Of a stretch of DNA of 64,000 nt, positions 30,897 through 39,588 are shown in pieces. The notes under the pieces were generated by a model. The model searched no databases, was not told the DNA's origin, and saw only the letters and a list, made by a program, of their open reading frames with translations. The position numbers were made by a program, and so were the translations under genes. How positions within the stretch are numbered: position 1 is the stretch's first letter; the number at the start of each line of letters is the position of its first letter. This stretch comes from Myxococcota bacterium (GTDB lineage Bacteria > Myxococcota_A > UBA9160 > SZUA-336): positions 2,048,001 to 2,112,000 of the forward strand of contig CBDFGR010000002.1 of assembly GCA_965247115.1 (NCBI GenBank). Reading direction: 5' to 3'.

Positions 30897-31361
30897 CTAG
30901 TCGGTGCGCTGTGGGAGCAGGACCGTGCGGCGAAAGGAGATCACCAGCTCACCCCGCTGGTTCCGGCCGCGGCTCTCGACGCGCACGATACCCTGGCCCT
31001 GCCGGCTGTGCGACTCTCGCTTCTCGAGCACCGTCGTCTCGGCGTAGAGCGTGTCGCCGGCAAAGGTGGGGGCGTGGTGGTCGATGTTCTCGTAAGCGAG
31101 GTTGGCGATGGCCTTGCCGCTGATGTCGGCGACCGTCAGACCCACGATCACGCTGAATACCAGCGGGCCCACCACAACGCGGCGGCCGAACTCTGTCTCC
31201 GCCGCGTAGGCCTCGTCGCTGTGCAGCGGATGCTGGTTCATCGTCAGCAGCGCAAACCAGCTGTTGTCGGTCTCGGTGATCGTGCGCCCGGGCCAGTGCT
31301 CGATCACGTCGCCCGGCTCGAACTCCTCGAAGTAGCGACCGAAGCTCTCGCGCGTCGCCAT
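30897..31361 (-). CDS. MaoC family dehydratase
   Basis: YFEEFEPG...GRTITETDNSWFALLTMNQHPLH. Confidence 0.9.
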   Translation of the reverse strand: MATRESFGRYFEEFEPGDVIEHWPGRTITETDNSWFALLTMNQHPLHSDEAYAAETEFGRRVVVGPLVFSVIVGLTVADISGKAIANLAYENIDHHAPTFAGDTLYAETTVLEKRESHSRQGQGIVRVESRGRNQRGELVISFRRTVLLPQRTD

Positions 31362-32518
31362 TAGATGGCGTTCCTCTTCAGCAGCTGCTTGGCGATCACC
31401 GTCTTCTGGATCTCGTTGGTGCCCTCACCGATGATCAAGAGCGGCGCGTCCCGGAAATAGCGCTCGATCGGGAACTCGAGGGTGTAGCCGTAGGCCCCGT
31501 GGATGCGCATGGCTTCAAGGGCAGCGTCCATGGCGAGCTCCGTCGCGAAGAGCTTGGCCATCCCCGCCTCCATGTCGACCCGTTGACCCCGGTCCTTGGC
31601 CTGGGCTGCCGCGTAGGTGAGCATGCGAGCTGCTTCGAGGCGCGTCGCCATGTCCGCGAGCTTCTCCTGGATCAGCTGGTGCTCGGCGATCGGTACGCCG
31701 AAGGTCTTGCGCTCCTGCGCGTAGCGCAGGGAGGCCTCGAGGCAGGCCCGGGCGAGCCCGACCCCGCGCGCCGCGACGTTGATGCGTCCGGTTTCGAGCC
31801 CACTCATCACGTGCTTGAAGCCGCGGCCCTCCTCGCCTCCGATCAGGTTTCCGAGTGGTACCTCGAAGTCCTGGAAGATCAGCTCGCAGGTCTTGATGCC
31901 CTTGTAGCCGAGCTTGGGGATGTCGCGACTGATCTGGAAGCCGGGGTGGCCCTTCTCGATCACGAACAGGCTCATGCCGCGGTGGGGCGGATCCGCGGAC
32001 GTGTCCGTCTTCGCGAGCATGGCGAAGGTGTTGCCGTGGCGGGCATTCGTGATCCACATCTTGGTGCCGTTCACCACGTAGTGGTCGCCAACGCGCCGCG
32101 CGGTGGTGCGGATCGCCTGCACGTCGGTGCCGGCATCGGCCTCGGAGAGTGCGAGGCCGCCTCTCCGCTCACCCGTTGCGAAGCGCGGCAGCCACGCGCG
32201 CTTCTGCTCCTCGGTCCCGAAGTACAGCACGGCGTGGGCCATGATCAGGTGCGAGTTGATCACGCCGGCGATCGAGATCCAGCCCCGAGCCAGCTCTTCG
32301 ATGACGAGGGCGTAGGTCGTGTGGTCGAGACCGATCCCGCCGTAGGCTTCCGGGATGGTTGCGCCGAAGAGCCCGAGCTCCTTCAGGCGCTCGACGATTG
32401 CAGTTGGGTACTCGTCGCGGTGATCGAGCTCACTGGCGACCGGCGCGACCTCGATATCGACGAACTTGCGCACGGTCTCGACGATCAGTCGCTGATCTTC
32501 ACTGAGGTCCAGGAGCAT
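31361..32518 (-). CDS. Acyl-CoA dehydrogenase
   Basis: ALSEADAGTD, NGTKMWITN, IHGAYGY and IGEGTNEIQ motifs. Confidence 0.94.
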   Translation of the reverse strand: MLLDLSEDQRLIVETVRKFVDIEVAPVASELDHRDEYPTAIVERLKELGLFGATIPEAYGGIGLDHTTYALVIEELARGWISIAGVINSHLIMAHAVLYFGTEEQKRAWLPRFATGERRGGLALSEADAGTDVQAIRTTARRVGDHYVVNGTKMWITNARHGNTFAMLAKTDTSADPPHRGMSLFVIEKGHPGFQISRDIPKLGYKGIKTCELIFQDFEVPLGNLIGGEEGRGFKHVMSGLETGRINVAARGVGLARACLEASLRYAQERKTFGVPIAEHQLIQEKLADMATRLEAARMLTYAAAQAKDRGQRVDMEAGMAKLFATELAMDAALEAMRIHGAYGYTLEFPIERYFRDAPLLIIGEGTNEIQKTVIAKQLLKRNAI

Positions 32519-32617
32519 CGTTACTCTCCCCGGCTACGGATGGCGCGGGCCAGACGTATGATGGCAGGATCGGGCGGCTATCTAAAGCCCGCCGCTCATC
32601 TGGGGTACGCTCTCGGC

Positions 32618-33814
32618 ATGCCACCAGAACAGACCCTCCCGGACGGTCGCGAGCATCCCCTCTCCGACGTGCGCGTCATCGATCTCACCCAGTACGAGGC
32701 GGGTCCCTCCGCGACCCAGCTCCTCGCATGGCTCGGCGCGGATGTGATCAAGGTGGAGCCTCCCGGCGGCGACCCTGCGCGACAGCTCGCAGGGGCGACG
32801 CCGGAACGCGACAGCGCGTTCTTCGTGCTCTACAACCAGAGCAAGCGGAGCGTCGTGCTCGATCTGGCCAAGGACGGGGGGCGTAGGCAGCTCGACCGAC
32901 TGCTCGAGAGCGCGGACGTTCTGGCCGAGAACTTCGCGCCCGGCACCCTCGCGCGGCTCGGCCTGGCGCCCGAGCGGCTCGGTGAGGCGTTCCCGCGTCT
33001 GGTCGTCGCCTCGATCCGCGGCTACCGCTCCGGGGGGCCGTGGTCGGACTACAAGTCGCTCGATTTTGTCGGACAGGCCACTGGGGGCGGGATGAGCGTC
33101 ACCGGCGAGGCCGATCGGCCCCCCGTCCGCATGGGTTCGACCGTCGCAGACAGCGGCAGCGGTGTGCACCTCGCGCTCGGGATCCTGGCCGCTCTGCACC
33201 GGCGCTTTCGCACGGGCCGTGGGGGCCGCGTTGAGGTCGCGCTGCAGGACGCCGTACTGAACCTGACGCGCACGGCGCTCGTGCCCACCTACGTAACGGG
33301 CGCACCGAACGTGCGCAGCGGCGACCGCTACGTCGGATCCGCGCCGAGCGGTGTGTTCGCCTGCCGGCCGGGCGGGCCGAACGACTACGTCTACATCCTG
33401 CTCTCGTCACGGCGCCACTGGGAGGCGCTGCTGCGCGCGATCGAGCGCCAGGACCTGCGAGACGATCCGCGCTACGCGCGCCAGTCGCAGCGCAACGCCC
33501 GTGAGGACGAGGTCTGCGAGATCGTCAGTGCCTGGACGCGTCGTCACGACAAGATCGCGGCCATGGAGCGCCTGTCGGAGTTCGGCGTGGCCTGCGGGGC
33601 GGTGCTCGATACGGGAGAAGTGCTGCAGAACCGGCACCTGCGCGAATCCGGCATGATCGTGGAGCAGGATCAGCCGGGCTGGGGGCGCCTTGCGCTACCG
33701 GGCTGCCCCATTCGGCTGGACGGCCCGCCGCCGCCGATCACCCCAGCACCCGCTCTGGGCGCCGATACGGGGGAGCTGCTCGACGAGCTCGACGAGGGCA
33801 GTGACGATGCCTAG
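32618..33814 (+). CDS. CaiB/BaiF class III CoA-transferase (formyl-CoA transferase-like)
   Basis: IDLTQYEAGP, ENFAPG and KSLDFVGQA motifs; start set at the ATG at 32618. Confidence 0.9.
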   Translation: MPPEQTLPDGREHPLSDVRVIDLTQYEAGPSATQLLAWLGADVIKVEPPGGDPARQLAGATPERDSAFFVLYNQSKRSVVLDLAKDGGRRQLDRLLESADVLAENFAPGTLARLGLAPERLGEAFPRLVVASIRGYRSGGPWSDYKSLDFVGQATGGGMSVTGEADRPPVRMGSTVADSGSGVHLALGILAALHRRFRTGRGGRVEVALQDAVLNLTRTALVPTYVTGAPNVRSGDRYVGSAPSGVFACRPGGPNDYVYILLSSRRHWEALLRAIERQDLRDDPRYARQSQRNAREDEVCEIVSAWTRRHDKIAAMERLSEFGVACGAVLDTGEVLQNRHLRESGMIVEQDQPGWGRLALPGCPIRLDGPPPPITPAPALGADTGELLDELDEGSDDA

Positions 33815-33972
33815 TTCCCGAATCGATACCGGAGCTTGACTACGAAATTCTCGACAATGGGATCTTTGAAGGCATCGCTGAATAGATTGGAGAAATTGGA
33901 GTCACCGCTTCGCAGCAGGCTGTTGCCCAGGTTGTAGACCAGATAGAGATCCGTCAGGGGAGCTATCTCCCA
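33811..33972 (-). pseudogene. C-terminal fragment of an outer-membrane beta-barrel protein (DUF5916-like)
   Basis: WEIAPLTDLYLVY...FVVKLRYRFGN*; abruptly more AT-rich than its flanks. Confidence 0.55.
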
Positions 33973-34533
33973 GAGCTGTACGTGTTCCAGCGCACGCCCT
34001 CCTCGGTTGACATCAAGAACGATTGGCCCACCGATCCCAACTGGGCCCGGAAGCTCACGCCCGGGTGGCAGGCAAGGCGGCGCGCGGCTGCGCTCAAGGA
34101 GCCGGAGCTCAGTCCCGAGCAAAAGGAGAAGATCGCTTCGCTGTCACGCGAGGAGAAGATCCGGAGGCAAGAGAACGCGAACATCGATGCCATGATGCGA
34201 ATCCACAGGCGCATCGATGAGATCGTGAAGGACCCAGAGACGGCGGACGCACTCAAGCCCTGGTACATGCTATGTGCAAGCGACCATGCTTCGACAACGA
34301 CTACCTTCCCACGTACAACCGGCCCAACGTCCACCTGGTGGACACCAAGGGCAAGGGCATCACGGAGATCAACGCGGCCGGACCGATCTTCGACGGGAAG
34401 GCCTACGAGCTCGACCTCCTTATTTGCGCCACGGGCTTCGAAGTGCAGAAGACCGGCATCTACAACCAGATACGGGGCGTCGACGGCCTCGATCTGAACG
34501 AGAAGTACGGCGACGGAATTCGCACCCTCCTAG

Positions 34534-35808
34534 CAGGCTGCGGAGAAAGTGACTGGTTGAGGGGTGGTCCTTCCGACGAGGGGGTTCACCGGCCGAGGGG
34601 CGGGGCGCGATTCCCGGTTCGAACCGGTCTTGGGCTCCGCTGATCGCGGGGCGGTTTCGCACATGACCTACGTGGCCTCCAGCAGCTTGCGGATCCGGAT
34701 CAGGTTGTAGGCTGCGGCCGTGAAGGTGAAGACCCAGCCGACCCGATCCGTGCCGCGGTGTCGGGTCTTGCGCATCAGCCCCACGGTCTTCATCCAGCCG
34801 AAGACCTCTTCCACCCGTTTGCGAAAACGCTGACTCAGTTCGTAGCCCCGGTGGCGCGTCGTCCGCCCGTCGATCGCGCTGCGTCGATTCGTCGTGTTCT
34901 GCGCCACGTGTGGGGTCACGCCCAACTCTCGAAGCTCTTCCACGAACCCCTTCGTGTCGAAGCCCTTGTCTCCGCCCAATGTCCTCCGACGCCCGCCTCC
35001 CAGACCTTCCACCATCTCGAGCGCCGCTTCGCGCTCCGCATATCCCGACGCCTGCGTGAGCTTCGCCGCGACCACCAAGCCGTTCCGGTTCTCCGTCACC
35101 ACGTGTCCCTGGTACGCGAGTCGGGCGCCTTGGCCTCTCATACCGGCGAGTCGTGCGTCGGGATCCGTCGTCGACGCATGCGTCTGGTTGCTCCGCTTCT
35201 CGCCTCGGAAGTTCACCGTCGGGTTGCCCGGGTCATCGTCGTCTCTCCGTTCCTCGTCCTTCCGTACGAAGCTCTTCTGGCTCGCCCACGCCTCGATCAG
35301 CGTCCCGTCTACCGTGAAGTGCTCCAACGACACCCATCCCTCGGTCTCGGCCTGCTCCAGCACTGCGTCGAAGAAGTGCTCGGCAATCTCGCCCTTGAGC
35401 AGCCGGTCTCGGTTCTTCGTGAACACCGTGGCGCTGAACACCACCTCGTCAAGCTCCAGACCCACGAACCAGCGATACAGCAGGTTGTACTCCAGCTGCT
35501 CCACCAGCTGCCGCTCGCTCCGGATGGTGTAGAGCACCTGCAGCAGCAGGGCGCGCAGCAGCTGCTCCGGGGGCACGGACGGGCGCCCTACGCCTCTGGC
35601 GTAGATCGCGTCGAAGCGCGGCGATAGCCGCTGCAGCGCCGTGTCGACCATGCGCCGCATCGCTCGAAGCGGATGATCATCCGGAATCCGCGACTCCAGC
35701 GACACGTAGCTGAACATCCCGCCCTGAAGCGTCCCCTGTCCTCTCACGCCTCCCCCTTTGGGGCTCGCTCCCAAGGTACCCTTCGATGAGGAGTTTTTCA
35801 GCAGCCTG
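34534..35808 (-). mobile_element. IS5-family insertion sequence, 1,275 bp, CTAG target duplication
   Basis: Ends CAGGCTGCGGAGAAA and TTTTTCAGCAGCCTG; CTAG at 34530-34533 and 35809-35812. Confidence 0.92.
34668..35747 (-). CDS. IS5-family DDE transposase
   Basis: GRPSVPPEQLLRALLLQ, RWFVGL, VDGTLI, GDKGFD and RKRVEEVFGWMK motifs; GTG start after GGAGG. Confidence 0.93.
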   Translation of the reverse strand: MRGQGTLQGGMFSYVSLESRIPDDHPLRAMRRMVDTALQRLSPRFDAIYARGVGRPSVPPEQLLRALLLQVLYTIRSERQLVEQLEYNLLYRWFVGLELDEVVFSATVFTKNRDRLLKGEIAEHFFDAVLEQAETEGWVSLEHFTVDGTLIEAWASQKSFVRKDEERRDDDDPGNPTVNFRGEKRSNQTHASTTDPDARLAGMRGQGARLAYQGHVVTENRNGLVVAAKLTQASGYAEREAALEMVEGLGGGRRRTLGGDKGFDTKGFVEELRELGVTPHVAQNTTNRRSAIDGRTTRHRGYELSQRFRKRVEEVFGWMKTVGLMRKTRHRGTDRVGWVFTFTAAAYNLIRIRKLLEAT

Positions 35809-36641
35809 CTAGGCGTTCACTCGCAGGGCTACCCGAACCTGTTCATCATGGGCGGCTATCAGGCGTCTTTTCGCTTCAACTTGACCGACGTTCTTCAGAC
35901 CCAGGGGGACCACATTGCGGCGTGCATTCACCACGCCCGGACCCACGGTTACCAGTCGATCGATGCGACGCCCCAGGCCGAGGAGTGGTGGGTGCAGGAG
36001 GTCATCGCGAACCGCGGCAAGACCTCTCGTAGCCAAGACTGCACGCCGGGCTACTACAACTTCGAAGGCGAGTTTCAGCGCAGGCAGGACGGCAACTACA
36101 ACGGCAGCTATCCCCAGTACCTCGCCCACGTAAAAAACGTGGGGGCGAACATCGAAGAGAACTTCGTCTTTACGAAGAGGTAGGCCTGGAACCGCTAGGC
36201 GAGCTCGCGGCCCTTCAGGTCTCCCTTCGCGCGCCACTTGCCTATGGATGACGGGGAGGCGGCGACCCACAAGCGCTGCGAAACCCCGAAGTCCCGGGAG
36301 ATCTATGCGATGTCAGCGTGCCGTTGTCACCGGCGTATCGAAACGAATCGTTTCGTCGCCCGCGGCGAGCGTCAGATGGCCAGCACCCGTAAATCGCTCG
36401 CTGGCGGCGACGGATAACGGGTCGACGTACGCAACGAGCATCTTGGGATCCACGCCCCATGGTATGCTCGCGCGCTTCATCGGCAATTCGGGGGATCCAA
36501 CCGGCGTTCAAGTGTGCATGCGGGTCCACAGGACCTGATCATGGCGGAGCCGATTGTTCGGCACTGCCTCAGTCTGAAATCTTGAGCGGCTGATCTCCCG
36601 CTACCGGACCATGCTGCATTTCTCTATCCTTGGCGCTAAGC

Positions 36642-36878
36642 ATGGCGAAGCGGACAAAGAAGAAGCGCCCCCGAGACGTGATCGGAAACGCCGTGCGCGT
36701 GATGCGGGTCGCGACTGGTGAGGAAGACGCGGAGACGGCGGAGGAGACCGAGGAAAGCCCTGCTGCCCAGCTCGGCCGGAAGGGCGGCGAGGCCCGGGCG
36801 AAGCGTCTGACTTCTGAGCAGCGGCGCGAGATCGCCAAGAAGGGCGCGGCGGCTCGCTGGGGCAAGCGTAAGGAATAA
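36642..36878 (+). CDS. Small basic protein (KRPRD...LGRKGG...EIAKKGAAARW)
   Basis: 78-aa Lys/Arg-rich ORF just inside the left TIR. Confidence 0.75.
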   Translation: MAKRTKKKRPRDVIGNAVRVMRVATGEEDAETAEETEESPAAQLGRKGGEARAKRLTSEQRREIAKKGAAARWGKRKE

Positions 36879-36881
36879 TCC

Positions 36882-36901
36882 GAGGAATATTCCTCTTGAC
36901 T
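36882..36901 (+). promoter_or_regulatory. 14-bp palindrome abutting a -35-like box upstream of the cargo pair
   Basis: Perfect palindrome GAGGAATATTCCTC (36882-36895) followed directly by TTGACT. Confidence 0.55.
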
Positions 36902-36960
36902 TTGGGTCGCTCTCTGGCGAAACTCCTGGCATCGCGCGACTGCACGATGGGGGTGAGCCA

Positions 36961-37512
36961 ATGACCAAGCGACCGATGATCGAGGTGATGGCTTGCATGG
37001 ATCCTTATCTCGATGACCTCAATGCGATCTGCCACGAGGCCGTGACGACGTATCAGGGAAAGGAATATAGCGATCGCGTCCGTTTGGAGCACACCCCAAG
37101 CACTCAGGCGAACTGCATCCACTCGCACATGGTCGCCGGCGCCCATCGCCTTCTCTCGGACCGGCCCGGTATCAGATTCCTCGAAGTGCGGGGTCTGAAC
37201 ATCTGGCTCTTCGGCTCGGAAGTGATCGTGAGGTTCAAGAAAATGGATCCCAGTGGACGGTCGCAAAACTACCAGACGCAGCAGGCAAAGGACTATGACG
37301 GCGGTGATGATCTGCCCGGCGTTCCACCGCCAGCTTGTCGGGTGACCGTTGGCTACGTGCTCGACCCACCGGGCTCTGGGATTCGCCGAGTTCAAGTCGC
37401 GCGTCCTTTCGGGCAGCAGGTCGAATGGTGTGCGGCGATCGTGCCTCCAGACGGGCGTCTGCCGGGAGCGCGGCTCTGGATCGATGTGACAAGTCAAAGG
37501 AATTTCGGCTAA
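36961..37512 (+). CDS. Hypothetical protein; candidate toxin partner of the XRE/ImmA-IrrE protein
   Basis: 183 aa with RFKKMD..G.S.NY.T.QA and VTVGYVLD segments; 21 bp upstream of the peptidase gene. Confidence 0.75.
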   Translation: MTKRPMIEVMACMDPYLDDLNAICHEAVTTYQGKEYSDRVRLEHTPSTQANCIHSHMVAGAHRLLSDRPGIRFLEVRGLNIWLFGSEVIVRFKKMDPSGRSQNYQTQQAKDYDGGDDLPGVPPPACRVTVGYVLDPPGSGIRRVQVARPFGQQVEWCAAIVPPDGRLPGARLWIDVTSQRNFG

Positions 37513-37533
37513 CTCATTCCGCGGAGCGGCACC

Positions 37534-38631
37534 GTGGACGAGTTCAATCATGAAATGCTCATCCTCGCGCGTGAAGCGCGAGGCTTCACGCAAAGTGCGC
37601 TGGCAATGCGTATCTCTGTCGGGCAGGGCACGCTCTCGAAGTTCGAGACAGGAGTCGCGCAGCCTCAACGCAGGACCGTCACCGCTCTGGCCCGCGCTCT
37701 CGGCTATCCAGAGGCGTTTTTCCGCGAGCCTGGACATGCCTACGGATTCCCGCCGTTCCATTACCGAAGGCGCAAGAAGCTGTCGGCGAAGGCGCTCGGT
37801 CGGATCATCGCGGAGATGAACATTCGGAGGCTTCACGTCCGCAAGCTTGCGCTCTCCTACCCCCCTCCTGCGAGCACCCTCATCCCCGAGATCGACATGG
37901 ATGAGTACCAGGGAACCGACAGCCGCGTGCCTTCCGCGGAGGATGTTGCGCGGTCAGTCCGCGAGGCTTGGATGCTCTCCAGTGGGCCAGTGCCGAACAT
38001 GATGGAGTTGATCGAGCAGAACGGCGGCATCGTGGTTCCCTTCGCGTTCAAGACCGCGCTGCTCGACGCGATGAGCCAGCGTATCGACGGAATGCCAGTT
38101 CTGTTCTTCGTGAACGTCAATTCACCTGCGGACCGGGTTCGCTACACGCTGGCCCACGAGTTGGGCCATATGTGCTTGCACACGACGGCACTCAAGAGCG
38201 ACGAAGAGATGGAGCGTGAGGCCGACGCGTTCGCGGGTGCGTTTCTCTTGCCTGCCGACGAGATCAAATCACAGCTACGACGCTTCGACCTCAGACACGT
38301 CGCGAACATGAAGGCGTATTGGAAGGTCGCCATGCAGGCGATCGCCGTGCGTGCTCATCGACTGAATCTCATCACGCCGTACCAGTACAAGATGTTCTGG
38401 ATCGAGATGGGGAAACTCGGCTATCGCCGACGCGAGCCGAACGAGCCCCTGCGCGAGACTCCGACGCTTCTGCACAGGATGGTTGCGTTCCATCGGAGCG
38501 AGCTTGGCTACTCGGTCGAAGATATGGCGAAACTACTCTGCCTCGAAGTGCCCGAATTTACGCTGATGTACGGGGCAGACGCCCCGTATGAGCCCGAAGT
38601 GGGTCGCAATCATCTTCGCCTCGTAAAGTGA
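37534..38631 (+). CDS. XRE-family HTH + ImmA/IrrE (M78) Zn metallopeptidase
   Basis: N-terminal LAREARGFTQSALA...LSKFETG HTH; RYTLAHELGH HExxH motif; EREADAFAGAFLLP. Confidence 0.92.
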   Translation: MDEFNHEMLILAREARGFTQSALAMRISVGQGTLSKFETGVAQPQRRTVTALARALGYPEAFFREPGHAYGFPPFHYRRRKKLSAKALGRIIAEMNIRRLHVRKLALSYPPPASTLIPEIDMDEYQGTDSRVPSAEDVARSVREAWMLSSGPVPNMMELIEQNGGIVVPFAFKTALLDAMSQRIDGMPVLFFVNVNSPADRVRYTLAHELGHMCLHTTALKSDEEMEREADAFAGAFLLPADEIKSQLRRFDLRHVANMKAYWKVAMQAIAVRAHRLNLITPYQYKMFWIEMGKLGYRRREPNEPLRETPTLLHRMVAFHRSELGYSVEDMAKLLCLEVPEFTLMYGADAPYEPEVGRNHLRLVK

Positions 38632-38641
38632 ACTTATTTGC

Positions 38642-38670
38642 TTGACGTTAGGCATAAAAGTTCATATAAT
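38642..38670 (+). promoter_or_regulatory. Near-consensus sigma70 promoter of the transposase
   Basis: TTGACG (38642-47), 17-bp spacer, TATAAT (38665-70); ATG at 38677. Confidence 0.8.
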
Positions 38671-38676
38671 GAGGCT

Positions 38677-39558
38677 ATGAACAGGTTGCCCCTTGAGAAG
38701 CGCGTCCAGATCCTATCGATGCTCTGCGAGGGCTCGTCTATGCGCTCGGTTTCCCGAGTGGCAGATGTGTCGATCAACACAGTCACCAAGCTTCTGGTAG
38801 ATGCCGGAAATGCTTGCGCCGGGTTCCATGATGAGACGGTTCGCGGCGTTAGGGCGCAGCGTATCCAGTGCGACGAGATCTGGTCGTTCTGCTACGCAAA
38901 GGCCAAGAACGTCCCAAACGCAAAGTCTGCGCCCGGATATGCAGGAGATGTCTGGACCTGGACCGCACTCGATAGCGATAGCAAGCTACTTGTTTCGTAT
39001 CTGATCGGTGGTCGCGATACAGAGTATGCCGTGGCGTTCATGAACGATCTGCGTTCGCGTCTTGCCAACCGTGTGCAACTCAGCACCGACGGGCATCGCG
39101 CCTATCTGAGCGCCGTCGAGGATGCATTCGCGGACGACGTAGATTATGGACAGATCATCAAGATCTACGGAGAGCCACCGGGTCAGGACAAGCGCTATGG
39201 CCCCGCTATCTACAAGGGTACGCGCAAGTCGCGCGTGATCGGCTACCCAGATCCGCGGTACGTTTCGACTTCGCACATTGAGCGCAGCAACCTCTCATTT
39301 AGAATGCATATGCGCAGATTTACGCGGCTGACCAATGCACACTCAAAAAAGTTCGCGAATCACTGTCACATGGTCGCTCTATACACAGTCTGGTACAACT
39401 TTGCTCGGCTTCACAAGTCCATACGGATGTCGCCGGCACTGGCTGCCGGGATCTCCGATCATCTGTGGGACATGGCCGATATCGTCGGGCTGGTTGAGAA
39501 GGCCGAAGCGTCACGCTCCCGGGAGCGTGGCTCCTACCAGAAACGAGTTTCAAACTGA
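38677..39558 (+). CDS. IS1-family DDE transposase (single ORF, N-terminal HTH)
   Basis: EGSSMRSVSRV HTH; QCDEIWSF, STDGHRAY and HIERSNLSFRMHMRRFTRLTNAHSKK motifs; stop lies in the right TIR. Confidence 0.9.
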   Translation: MNRLPLEKRVQILSMLCEGSSMRSVSRVADVSINTVTKLLVDAGNACAGFHDETVRGVRAQRIQCDEIWSFCYAKAKNVPNAKSAPGYAGDVWTWTALDSDSKLLVSYLIGGRDTEYAVAFMNDLRSRLANRVQLSTDGHRAYLSAVEDAFADDVDYGQIIKIYGEPPGQDKRYGPAIYKGTRKSRVIGYPDPRYVSTSHIERSNLSFRMHMRRFTRLTNAHSKKFANHCHMVALYTVWYNFARLHKSIRMSPALAAGISDHLWDMADIVGLVEKAEASRSRERGSYQKRVSN

Positions 39559-39588
39559 GGCAGTACCGATTGTTCTAGAGGAGTCCGA

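Larger units (their letters stand above)
33973..36183 (+). pseudogene. Baeyer-Villiger monooxygenase, copy 1 (5'-truncated, frameshifted, IS5-interrupted)
   Basis: YVFQRTP and ATGF motifs; 1-bp loss at 34271/2 relative to copy 2; removing the IS restores RTLLGVHSQGYPNLF. Confidence 0.9.
36560..39567 (+). mobile_element. IS1-family cargo transposon (ISMhu11-like transporter IS), 3,008 bp
   Basis: TIRs GGCACTGCCTCAGTCTGAAA and GGTACTGCCTCAGTTTGAAA (18/20); 8-bp TSD GATTGTTC at 36552-36559 and 39568-39575; four intact ORFs. Confidence 0.92.

Noticed and set aside
31499..32617. N-terminal half of the 771-aa ORF
   Set aside because: It is the antisense shadow of the acyl-CoA dehydrogenase; CoA-transferase homology starts at 32618.
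36312..36480. Short minus-strand ORF with LVAYVDPLSVAA, reminiscent of a dimethylformamidase large-subunit N-terminus
   Set aside because: The match is too short to support without a search.
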